This document shows, piece after piece, positions 20,401 to 52,744 of a stretch of 64,000 nucleotides of DNA (positions within the stretch are counted from its first letter, which is position 1; each line of letters starts with the position of its first letter). The position numbers were made by a program, and so were the translations under genes. Under the pieces are notes generated by a model. That model was not told the DNA's origin and did not search any database. It worked only from the letters and a program-made list of their open reading frames with translations. The stretch is from contig NIVC01000035.1 of assembly GCA_002269645.1 (NCBI GenBank), forward strand, positions 434,001 through 498,000. The letters run 5' to 3'. This DNA is from Macrostomum lignano (lineage: Eukaryota).

Positions 20401-23129
20401 TCGAGAGATGAAAAAAGATCTTAAATTTCATCAGAAAATTTCTTTTGTCAAGATTTGTGTCCAAGAACGAAAACTAATCACTAGCTTGTACCACCGCTGT
20501 CAGCTGGCGTCACGGCTGCGGACCGCTTGCAGGCTCGACAAGCGAACGCAACGCGAATCAGACGCATGTAACAGCGACGAAAATTCGGGTTCAGCACACC
20601 ATAGATGATCGGGTTCAGCATCGAGTTGAACACAGCGAGCCAGGTGAAAACCTTGTGCGGAATCGCGCCCACGTGCGCAAAAAACTTATCGATGTACACG
20701 TGGATGCTGTAGGGACCCCAGCACAGGTTGAAGGTTATGAAAGCGGCTAGCACTGGAGCCACAGCTTTCCATTCCTTGCTCACGGATGTATCGCTTGTAT
20801 CACCAGAGACTGAGTTCTCGGACTGATTGCGTATACGGAACAGCTTGTAGAATAGATTGACGTAGCAACCAGCAGCCAGAAGTGACGGAATCGCCACTCC
20901 CAGCAAGGTGAGCAGGAAGCTCAATGTAAACGGCGAGTCATTGTCATAGTAGAAGCAGATGAACGCCTCAGGAATGTATCCGAATCCTCCTTGCCACCAG
21001 AACAGACCGCTGACGAGAAACCAGAATATCCAGCAGGCTACGCAGTATGCAATCATTTTTGAGTCCGTGAAGTTCCTCTGGTACACGACTCTGCGCATGA
21101 CGTACAGGTTCCGAGTTACCGCGATCAGCGTGAAGCTGAAGTTAGACACTCCGGCGGCTGAGAACAGAGCGTAGGCGTTCACGCGACAAGTGACGTCGTT
21201 GAAGACATTGCTGTCAGCGATGCGGTTAGCCAGGGTGGCTGGGATCGAGTATGAGCACACGAGCAGATCGGCTATGCCGATGTTCACCACCAGAATGTTG
21301 GTGGCTGACTTGAGCTGCTTAAAGAGCGTTATGGAGAGGATCATGAGCAGGTTTCCGCAGACTCCGACGCAGATTCCGACAATAAGAAAGAAGATGTCGG
21401 CGATCTTAATCTCCAGAGAATCAAAGTTGTCCAGCTCAGCACCTGTGACATTATTTTCATCAAGACCTGCTACACTCGCGTTGTCAATCATTTTTGGTTC
21501 GAATTGTAGACTTTAGCAAAGGACTGAATCCAACTTGTTTTTAGATAATGAAGCAAGGATGTGCGGCAGCAGTTTAAATCATGTCTTTTCAGTTTGAAGC
21601 AACAGCCAATCAGAGTATCTCTTTGCTGATCAGAATCAATAGAATCAACTTCATTGGATGTTAAAGTTCGTCTTAGCTAGCAAACCAAGAGGACAGTGCA
21701 AGACTAATTCGCGCCAATTGAGTTTAGCTTTAGCGACATCAAAGTTGGATTATTAGTTCGAAAAAATGCCACTTACTACGTGTTGCAGACGTCCTAAACT
21801 CTACTGCTTAAACGACTCTTGAGTGTACTTCTGGAAAGTACAAACCGTTGATCTATCTACCTATACTAAACGTCTTTAATACGGCTCAGGCTCAATGAAC
21901 TCAGAAACACGGTTAAAACTACGTGATAAATCTCACTTGAAGCGTTAACAGACTGTAAATAACGTCACTTGTCACTTGGCAAAGCTGATTATGTTGGACA
22001 AAAGCCTGGCACCCTCTCTTCAATAAACAATCAGCGATGAAATCTGATGACGAACACGTGTGATTCGTCGATACTCGTGCGATACAACGTTCACAAATGA
22101 AATGGCGACCTCACAAATGAAATGGCGATCTCGCAAATAGAATGGCGATCTCACAAATGAAATGGCGACCTCACAAATGAATGAATTACATCAGAAATTA
22201 AATGGCGACCTCACAAATGAATGAATTACATCAGAAATTAAATAGCGACCTCACTAATGAATGACTTAGATCAGAAATGAAATGACGACCTCACTAATGA
22301 ATGACTTAGATCAGAAATGAAATGACGACCTCACTAATGAATGACTTAGATCAGAAATGAAATGGCGACCTCACTAATGAAATGGTCTAGCTCACACAAA
22401 TCAAATAAAAATGAATGATGGAAAGGAGCAATAACCAGCATTATAATATTTACCTGTTCCAACTGGGTTTGTCGTTTAGCTAGCGCAGTTGAATCTGACT
22501 CTAAAGAATTCAGACGCTTCTCAATGCTCACTAAAATGTTAATAGCGATATTCTTAGAGTTACGAGTCAATTACTTTAATAATGTAAATAGGAAACAGGC
22601 GATAGAGTAAATTTACTCACTTAATTTACTGTCTTGCTCGTCCCGACTCACACGCCAAGCGGAATAGTGGGCCGACCAATTAGTCTTGCTGTGTAATTAA
22701 ATATTTAGGTGCATATTGAATTATTCAAACATATTTAACTCACTTACATGGATGGCAAATTTTAGTTTATAAAATTTCAAATTTCAGCAATTTTACAATA
22801 AAAAGCACATAGATGACTATTTAAAGCTTCAAGCTAAATTCACAACCATTGTGAGTTTTTTTAATGCATTATATTAGGTCTTAGGACAAGGATTCTAAAA
22901 AGATTGAATACTCAAAAATTCATTGAACTCACATGTCCTCAAGACTGGCCTGAAGTCGTTCGCCTTCAGATCTGAATTGCTCTAACGAAGCCAATCTATC
23001 AATTCTATTGTGCAAACTGAGCAGCTCATTGCGCAACTCTGCTACGGCTGAGTCATTAGACAGTGAGTCACGTAACGTTTGAACTTCTTGCAATGAACTG
23101 TCTTCAGCATCACCAGCAGCTGCTGACAT
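17436..23129 (-). CDS. Uncharacterised coiled-coil protein, 4 exons, ~267 aa (5' end may extend further)
   Basis: Exons 23129-22933, 22688-22621, 22530-22454 and 17897-17436, GT-AG with phases 2,1,0 matching. Reads continuously as a heptad-rich sequence: LRNELLSLHNRIDRLASLE...KLMSIEKRLNSLESD...QLEQELHQVRMQQ. Confidence 0.65.
18691..19394 (+). mobile_element. Decayed Tc1/mariner element: N-terminal transposase fragment between long inverted copies of the element 5' end
   Basis: From ATG 18928: MEKAEIRAVMKDIHLKG...*YSTLKNWMADFERG...RSGR, a mariner HTH region with an in-frame TGA at 19039. The right end reads TACAAGGGCGTTCAAAAAGTT on the - strand, like a mariner TIR. Positions 18897-18930 are inverted at ~19242-19275. 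Confidence 0.85.
19538..19625. repeat. AT-rich dispersed repeat fragment; second direct copy at ~23397-23490
   Basis: Shared AATTCATAT...GGATTTTTAGGA...ATTGATTG-CAAATTTGA-TAATCT blocks. Confidence 0.55.
20481..21491 (-). CDS. Intronless class A (rhodopsin-family) GPCR, melatonin-receptor-like orphan, 336 aa
   Basis: Seven hydrophobic segments; GN in TM1, IADLL in TM2, TM3 Cys plus ECL2 Cys, CWGPY in TM6, FNSMLNPIIYGVLNPNFRR in TM7/helix 8; N-glycosylation sequons in the N-terminus. Confidence 0.92.
   Translation of the reverse strand: MIDNASVAGLDENNVTGAELDNFDSLEIKIADIFFLIVGICVGVCGNLLMILSITLFKQLKSATNILVVNIGIADLLVCSYSIPATLANRIADSNVFNDVTCRVNAYALFSAAGVSNFSFTLIAVTRNLYVMRRVVYQRNFTDSKMIAYCVACWIFWFLVSGLFWWQGGFGYIPEAFICFYYDNDSPFTLSFLLTLLGVAIPSLLAAGCYVNLFYKLFRIRNQSENSVSGDTSDTSVSKEWKAVAPVLAAFITFNLCWGPYSIHVYIDKFFAHVGAIPHKVFTWLAVFNSMLNPIIYGVLNPNFRRCYMRLIRVAFACRACKRSAAVTPADSGGTS
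22090..22385. repeat. 20/39-bp minisatellite (AAATGAAATGGCGACCTCAC)
   Basis: Tandem units near the 5' end of the host intron. Confidence 0.88.
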
Positions 23130-25321
23130 GGTAATGAATAGAAATAGTTAACAATTGTTTGGTAAAAAAGGTGACAATGCTTAATTAATGTTGATGACAA
23201 ACATGAATTCAAAGTGGTTTAATACGAGTTAACCTTTAAGAAAAAGTTATTTTTATAGTTTTATATAAATGCTAATCATTCCATTGGCCTGTTACAGTCT
23301 TTTGGTGTTGTGACACAATAAAATTTTATTTTGGCATCTTGAATTTGGACCCCAGATGGCTGGATGTCCTTAAAGTCAAGTTCTACATATTTTTCTAATT
23401 CATATCTTATTTGAAGGAAAGAAAAATTTTATAGTTATTGGGATTTTTAGGATTTTAAGATGCCTATTGATTGACAAATTTGAATAATCTTTTAACATAA
23501 ATATTATAAACTCTTGCAATTGTAGCAACCCACTAGTTTGGTGTTAGGTGCCCCCCTTTTTTCAGCAGTTTCCTTTGCACTTGCTCTTACCCCAGGGTGG
23601 TGGCTGCCACTGGACAGCCTCTTGCCACTTTTCTGTTTGCCTGCTTGCTGCCCCCCCCCCCTAAGGTTACGCTAGTAGCCTATTTCCCTTGTCATGTGAG
23701 CAAATCACATGACAAGTCTTGTTTTTTCAAAGTTCTAAAGTGCAGTAAACATGCTTATTGCACTTGCTGATCTGTGTTAATTAAGGAATCACATGCTATG
23801 GGGCCCTTACCTTCCCTAAGGTAAGCTGTGACTCGAGTTTCTAAAAATAGACACTGAGTCATATGGCTCTATGCACTTAGCCCAAGGACCCCCGCCTTCT
23901 CTGGAAGGAAATGACATCATTTCTAAAAAAAGAATGAGTCACAAGGTCTTACACACAAAGGGATTCTTATGCTATAAATAAATATAGACCCTCTCACTTG
24001 TGTCTATTGAGGATTTTCTTCTTCTGACTATTCAGTTCCAGACTGCATTTTCCAAGTTCCCACTCTTACTCTGCATATATAATTAACCTACACTATTATT
24101 AGTCTGCATACATGCGCAACCCCCCTGATTTACACTGGCCATGCGACTTACTTTTTGACCAAAAATGCAACTTATCTGTGAAAGAAACCCTAACGCAATT
24201 TTGGGTAAATGGCAGAGTAACTATGACTGTATTTAAGGGCTAAATGCCTTGTCATCTAATTAGTACTATGTCCATATTTTTTAGGCTAGGCATTTTCGTG
24301 ACTTACCCCTGGTCCACCACAATTTATGGTGGCCAGATAGGCCAGGTCAGCCAGCAGTTGCGCATGTATGTTAGTCTGACTGCAAACCACCTAAAGCCAA
24401 TTCTGAGCCTACATGATAAGACAACTTTTAAGCTACAAATCTGCATGCTATGTTATTTGCCCAACGATTATTTTGTGCCAACAGAAGCTTAGCTCACCGA
24501 AGGCCAAGACCTAATGGACTAGTAGCAATACTACCTATGCTACTAAGAGCTACAAGGCTTCTGGTTCAGAAGATGGAAAGCTAGACTACTATGTTGGATA
24601 GCTAGAGAAGCATAGGCTTAACACTGGTAGTAGCAATGGGACTATGGGAGTCAAAGACCTACCAAACTAATTACCTTGAGACAACCCTAAGTACAACATA
24701 ATTTCTATGGTTTAGAAAGGCTTATTGATTTAAAGAGTAGGGTAGAGATATAAGTTATATGATTTTTTCTTTTGGTGAATTCTTGGTTTTTAATATAGTG
24801 GTTTTTTATTTTACAAGCATACATTTACATAAATGTATTATTCTCTAAGTTAGATTGTCAAAATTTACTTTTTAAAAAATTAGATAGGCCCACTTCAATG
24901 ACCAAAATATTGATCATAATTCTTCTAACTAATATCTTTTAACCTATTTTTACTAATAGTATATTTATCTCCTGACCTATAATCTGGATCATGCTAGGTG
25001 CACGCCTAAACAAAAATTGAATAATTACAAATGCACATTAAAAAATCATCAAAACTATGCTGGTGTTGCAACAATAAATGACCTTTTTTACATTGTGACA
25101 ATAAATGAGCTTTTGTGAGTAGTATAATGGACCCTATTTGGTAGATAATTTGGTTACTTTTTTGCTTCTTTGGCAATACTATTTTTATGATAAAAAATCA
25201 ATAATGTATACAAAGATTTGCTTAAATACTTTATTACAAGCTTTAAAAACCCAGAAAGCTTGAAATCTAAGCTTAAAATGAACTTTTTTCTTCTTTTCCT
25301 TACCTTACAATAACTCTTCCA

Positions 25322-25918
25322 CCATAGTCCGGATCATGTCGTTTACGCCAGAGATCTCCGGCGTAAATCTGGTTTGGGATCCGAGGCTGGCATAAGTGCT
25401 TGGTGTAAGTATAGGCCAAAATGTGCCTTGGCATAAGTGCTTGGCATAAGTACATGGCATAAATCAAGTGGCATAAATGTTGGCACAAATGAGATCATTC
25501 ACGATCTAATTTATCACTATAGAACATTACACATTTGCGTTAATTATGATGTTAAAGAGCAGCATTTAAACAAAGTTTATTAAAATATTGTAGTTTGTAT
25601 AAATGAGATAGCAGAATATCTATTGTAGCATACCAAAAGTTTTTTTAGCTTCAAGATGCTTACTTTGATTCTTGATTCAGAATTTGCAACTTGTGAGATT
25701 TTTAAACAGTTGCAACTTCTGAATTTAATTAATCACTGATTATTGTAAATCATCTATTCTATTTTATTCTATTCTATTCTATTTACAAGAATTGTGAGGG
25801 ACCTTTTTTGGGTGGCATAAGTCAGAGGGACCTTTTTTGGTTAGTGTAAGTCTGGTGTAAGTGCCAAAAAATGTTGGATTTTTCCTCCGGCGTAAATCCA
25901 ACATGATCTGGACTATGG
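25322..25918. mobile_element. 597-bp non-autonomous DNA transposon (MITE-like), ~30-bp imperfect TIRs, 8-bp TSD
   Basis: Ends CCATAGTCCGGATCATGT ... ACATGATCTGGACTATGG (17/18 inverted match). Exact direct repeat CTCTTCCA at 25314-25321 and 25919-25926. Subterminal GGCATAAGT/GGCGTAAAT repeats. Confidence 0.88.
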
Positions 25919-28778
25919 CTCTTCCATGTGATTCTATAAAGACAAATGCATGCCAAGTATGCATACATACTATTTTCTTAGGAGTGATGCATGCCCACTG
26001 TGCATGCAAACTTTTGGCATGCAAGGCCAATGCACACCCAAATTTTCAGGCATATACTAGGCCTACATGATCCAGAGTATGGAATATAGATCATGATATG
26101 ATAGGCCCTATAACAGATCAATAAGAATAAGATTATATTTTTGTATTAATAAAAATATTTTAAGCTTAAGTTAGTAAGCTACAAACAATAAATAAAAAGT
26201 ATTATAAGCTAGAATTTTATATTAATGTAAAAAACATATTGATAGTTTTATTTTTAAAATTACTACATAATGTCCATGATATTTTACTATACTAGGCCTA
26301 GGTCTACTACTTTAGGAAAAAAATAAAATTAAAAGAAATATAAATTCCATTTGTCAAAGTAGAGTTGAAGTAGCAGATTTGAAGTATTTTAAATCATATC
26401 ATGTTTTAAAAGGACAGAAAAAAGGACAAAAATCTGTGACTGTCGACTGTGGTGCCATGCATTTTTAACTTCTTTAGGCTATACATAGTGCTGCTGCGAA
26501 AAGTACGCCAAAAAACTTCGCTGACTCCTCGATGCACGCTGTGCACGCGGTACTAGACTGCCTGGGACCTTGCTGCACGCGAGAATTTCCTACTAAAAAC
26601 AGCATCTTTGGGAGTATGTATGGTTACCGTTACCGCATACTACATTACTCATCGAGTCTTCGTCTTTTACTTGATTACGAATTATTTATTAGCAATAATT
26701 ATTTTTGCATCGATTATAATACAACAGTACAACAATACGTCCATCATATATCGTCATTGAACAAAAACGGTTAACCTTAAAAGAATGAGCACTATCATCC
26801 CTCAAACAGACGATATCATCAATCATCATGCGTCGAAGAAAATTGTTTAGTCTCAAAAATTAAAATGCACCAAGAGTTTCCAAAAAATGAAAAAATTACT
26901 GCTGCTGCAACAAGTCAGGAGAGTATTATGCTCAATGTTATATTTACTTAATAATTCTCACACATCAAATATAGAAGTTGACGCAGTACACGTTTCTCAG
27001 TAAAGTGTTTGTTTTATTTTTTATTAGCATTTTTTTCGTTATAGTTTCGTTCACATTTATTATGAGTTCCGTCTCATCGAGATAGATGGAGAGATACATG
27101 GACCCAATAGTAAATTACAATACGCACTTAACATAAAATCAATGATTTCTATCAGCGTCTGGGTTATATGCTTGTGCACGAATAGCATTAAATCGGCAGC
27201 GTATAGATCAAATAGGACGCAATAAATGCATGTGTGTGTATTCTGGACGTGGTTCTAGCTATAAATGCAAATATATTGAGCTCTCTTCTGAGTTTCTGCG
27301 AGCGATCAAAATCTATATAGCATTATCCGGGTAACTTATAGCTATACATGTAAAATTACAGTTGTACATTTAGATTACAGTATTTACGGACGCACGCATA
27401 TCTTATGCCGAGATTAAACATGAGACAAAACAAATTAAACATTGTCCTTGGTACATTTTTGGAAACAAAGTGTATGACGTAGACAGTTGTTTCAACTAAT
27501 TTTAGGTTGTTTTGGAAGTATGGAATAATTTTAAGTAAATAAAAACTTTATTTGTGATATTTGACAAGCCATGCCTACCGGGGCGTAGTGTAGATTTTAG
27601 CTATAGCATGGATCTCAAAACCAGAAAGGTTAATTGTTTGTAACTTAATGTACAATATGTACTTGTATAGTATTTCTTGTCCTGCACCAGCCAAAAGCAT
27701 GTACACGTAAATGTACCATATATGTATCAATTGATACCAGCATAGTATACACAGTACGTGTCAGTGCATGTACTCTTACATAAATGTGTACGTTTTCAAA
27801 CCGTTTTAACAAATAGATGCCTGCATTTACTGCACATATACGTATGTATGTGTCGTGATATGGTGATGTTGCTTTTAGAAAAAATACAGTTACCATAACG
27901 GCAGCACATCGAAGGCTATGCGACACCATAGCGTATTTGACTGTATGTACAGCTGATAGTATTTACTATCCCGGTGTGACGTCATGTCAGCGACGAAACG
28001 TGGCATCGATATCCGTCGATGTACATGCAATGTAAAAGTGCATATTTTTCAGCGACGTCCTTAGGGATTATTTTGTAATTAAACATATTTTAATGAATAG
28101 TAACGTGCATGTACTTGTAAATTCTCTAAACATTAAAACATAATCAATCAAAACAATAAATACATTCATGTATACCGTATGCATTGATTTTTTAAAATCA
28201 TAGTTATTTTATCATTTGACTATCGGATATACTTATATTTTGAATGGCATTTTTTAAACGAGTTGCACAATTTGTAGAATACGAGCTAATTAATAATTAA
28301 GTCGTTGAAGTATACGCAAAATAATAATTTATATATTAAAAGGCTGATGAGCTCGATAACGAAAAGAAAGTATGAGTATTTTGGTTATTGCCAAGGTGCA
28401 GAAGCTTAAATTAATTATTATCATAAAAACCAATTTGCATACTTTAATAAATGAAAGACTTTAAAATAATTTTAGTCATTTGCAGAGGTGATGGCCCACA
28501 GTTGTATTGAGGATGTGACCTTCTGTACTGCTGAGAGCCAAACAGAAAGCTTAGAAGGAGTTGATCAAAGTTGATCAAACCATACCATAGGCTTTGGAAA
28601 GTGGAGCAGGGAACCTGTGGTCGTGGTGGAAAACATCAACTGGTAGCCAATCAGAATGAGGCTGGTAAAAGTGTGCAGGGCTAATAGTTTTCCTATAATC
28701 GGGTGCAAATGAAGAGGACAGGCGATGCAGCCAGTAGGAAGACGAAATTAGAATGCATGCCGAATTCTAAAATTTACA

Positions 28779-49700
<20,922 letters not shown>

Positions 49701-50012
49701 GACTGTTGTCTCCAATGCTCTGTGTTGGCAACTGTCTGTTAGGCCGCAAGAGTTCCAGCTTTTGTAGAATCCAATTATGCGCAGCAAATTAAAATTTACC
49801 GCTTTTTAAAGACCGCAATTTAGCTTGGACTCCTTCCAGCCAATCAGTGAATAGCATTTTAACCCTCGGATTTGGAATTTTTATTGAAAAAGATAAAACG
49901 TTCATGTCGACTACTATTTAGACTACTCTTAGTAGAGTAAAAATGCATTTATACGACATTTATGGTAATTTCTTTTATTGTAGTTTATAGCGATGATTCT
50001 AACTTTTTAGCC

Positions 50013-50620
50013 TAGTGGGGGGTGTAGCTTAGTGGGATGTTGTAGCTTAATGGGATGTTGTAGCTTAGTGGGATGTTGCAGCTTAGTGGGGAGTTGTAGC
50101 CTAGTGCGGTGTTGTAGCCTAGTGGGGGGTTGTAGCCTAGTGGGGGGTTGTAGCCTAGTGGGGGGTTGTAGCCTAGTGGGGTTGTAGCCTAGTGGGGGTT
50201 GTAGCCTAGTGGGGGGTTGTAGCCTATTGGGGGGTTGTAGCCTAGTGGGGTTGTAGCCTAGTGGGGGTTGTAGCCTAGTGGGGTGTTGTAGCCTAGTGGG
50301 GGGTTGTAGCCTAGTGGGGGGTTGTAGCCTAGTGGGGGTTGTAGCCTAGTAGGGGGGGGTTGTAGCCTAGTGGGGGGTTGAAGCCTAGTGGGGGTGCGTT
50401 GTAGCCTAGTGGGGGTTGAAGCCTAGTAGGGGGGGGTTGTAGCCTAGTGGGGGTTGAAGCCTAGTGGGGGTGCGTTGTAGCCTAGTGGGGGGTTGAAGCC
50501 TAGTGGGGGGTGCGTTGTAGCCTAGTGGGGGGGGGTTTGTAGCCTAGTGGGCGGATTTAACCTAGTGGGGGGGGTACGTTGTAGCCTAGTGGGGGGTTGA
50601 AGCCTAGTGGGGGGGTGTAG
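50013..50620. repeat. 17-20-bp G-rich minisatellite (GTTGTAGCCTAGTGGGGGG)
   Basis: Tandem units with variable G-run length. Confidence 0.95.
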
Positions 50621-50629
50621 CACAGTGAA

Positions 50630-50935
50630 TGTTTTAGTCTAGTTGTTACAGCGTCGGACTCACGACTTAAAGGTGATTGGTTCGATTCCCGATCCCACTG
50701 GAACAATTTGTGTCCTTGAACAAGACACTTAACTCTGCATTGCTTCAGTTCACCCAGCTGTAAAATGGGTGCCAGCATTAGCTGGGGTAATTGAGGGTTG
50801 GGTGTGGCGACCCCCCAGTCCTTGGACTGAACAGCCGTACGCAGCCTTCAGATGCGCCGCGCAATAGCTGCGGCTGAGCTGTCGGTTGCACACCTGGCCG
50901 AGTTGGGGCAGGTGCAATCAATAATAAATCAAGTA
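50630..50935 (+). mobile_element. tRNA-derived SINE with CORE-like central domain
   Basis: A-box-like TAGTCTAGTTG (50635), B-box GGTTCGATTCC (50679), then GTGTCCTTGAACAAGACACTTAAC...CAGCTGTAAAATGGG, which resembles the MIR/CORE consensus; A-rich 3' end. Confidence 0.75.
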
Positions 50936-51402
50936 AAATTAGGGTCATATAAACTGTACTTTAGTGAATAACTAAAATGTATGTTCTTGTTGTAGTCGAA
51001 AAAAGTCGTAAAACCATCGAGGTAGAATAATTTGTGCTTATTTAGGTGATTTAATTTTTTTACTTGTAACTTTCTAACATGTTTACTACTAGTACGAAGT
51101 AGAGTAAGTTGCAAATTTTAACTAATAAAACAATTATTGCATCAAACTGAAACTGATTCATGGTAGTAAAAATCTGTCATGTACTTTCTACAATAGCAAC
51201 AAGAACCCCAATAATTATAGTCACCTTAAGTAGTATATACGAGTAGTAGGTACTCGGATAAACAAAAACGTCAATTAAAAAAGCGTTAACTTTAATTGGC
51301 ACACACGCAGCTGGGAACAACAGGCAACCAATTAAAATTGTGCTAAACGATAATAAACTTTTATAATATGCGTGGATGTGTCTTAGAGTACAACACGGCT
51401 CC

Positions 51403-51788
51403 TCAGTTCCTTCTCTTGGCTTCGGCTTCCGTGTTCGTTGCCATGCCGTCTCCATGCGGACCCTCGGCTTTGTCATTGTCGTCCTCCTTATCGACGCCAT
51501 CGCCGGCCCAGCTGATTGACGCGCAGCGCAGCGCGGCGTGCATCAGCAGCCAGGCGACGAGGCTGGCCAGCATCAGGACGGTCAGAATGCCAGCTGATCT
51601 GTCAACGTCGAAGGTGGCACTTTTGCTCAGCATGCTGCCCACACAGAGTGGCCTTTTGCAATGATAGCTCGGTTGTGTAATTTTGGCTCTGATTTTGAGT
51701 CTTGCTCTTTCAGCCTCACCGCTGCGCCATAGACACTTGAAATAGCAGCTGGAGTGAATTGAATATGGGCAGAGCTCTGAGCAAATGT
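51403..51788 (-). CDS. Terminal exon of a small Cys-rich single-pass membrane protein (unknown family)
   Basis: Open frame [21 protein letters not shown]...HCKRPLC...[21 protein letters not shown] followed by an acidic tail; longer than the ORF-track call. Upstream exon unresolved. Confidence 0.55.
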
Positions 51789-52115
<327 letters not shown>

Positions 52116-52116
52116 A

Positions 52117-52530
52117 CCGTAGCCAACCGTAGCTACAACCGTAGCTACAACCGTAGCCACAGCCGTAGCCACAGCCGTAGCCACAACCGTAGCCACAGCC
52201 GTAGCCACAACCGTAGCCACAGCCGTAGCCACAGCCGTAGCTACAGCCGTAGCCACAACCGTAGCCACAGCCGTAGCCACAACCGTAGCCACAGCCGTAG
52301 CCACAGCCGTAGCCACAACCGTAGCCACAGCCGTAGCCACAGTCGTAGCCACAGCCGTAGCCACAGCCGTAGCCACAGCCGTAGCTACAACCGTAGCCAC
52401 AGCCGTAGCCACAACCGTAGCCACAGCCGTAGCCACAGTCGTAGCCACAGCCGTAGCCACAACCGTAGCCACAGCCGTAGCCACAGCCGTAGCCACAACC
52501 GTAGCCACAGCCGTAGCCACAACCGTAGCC
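52117..52530. repeat. 12-bp minisatellite (CCGTAGCCACAG); possibly coding (VATA repeats on - strand)
   Basis: Tandem units. Confidence 0.93.
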
Positions 52531-52744
52531 AATATTTCAATTCGCAACACACTACTGCGTAGTCAACTAGTGTGACTGCTTTTAAACACTGCAATAACAG
52601 CGGCAGTTTTGACCACAGATTTTCGCTTACAAGACAAAGCAATCATTTCAATGAACAGAGCGAAAAATCAGGGAGTACGACTACTAGCGTAAAAAACTTA
52701 AAAATGGACTTTTATTTTATCTAGACTTGAGCACTGCTCACGTC

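Noticed and set aside
20481-21491. GPCR as an opsin
   Set aside because: The position equivalent to retinal-binding Lys296 (six residues before the NPxxY Asn) is Val.
23691-23713. Short hairpin GTCATGTGA...TCACATGAC (E-box-like)
   Set aside because: Too short to distinguish from chance without TSS data.
51403-51642. MGSMLS N-myristoylation start from the ORF track
   Set aside because: The first codon is GTG (Val) within a frame that stays open upstream, so it is not an initiator.
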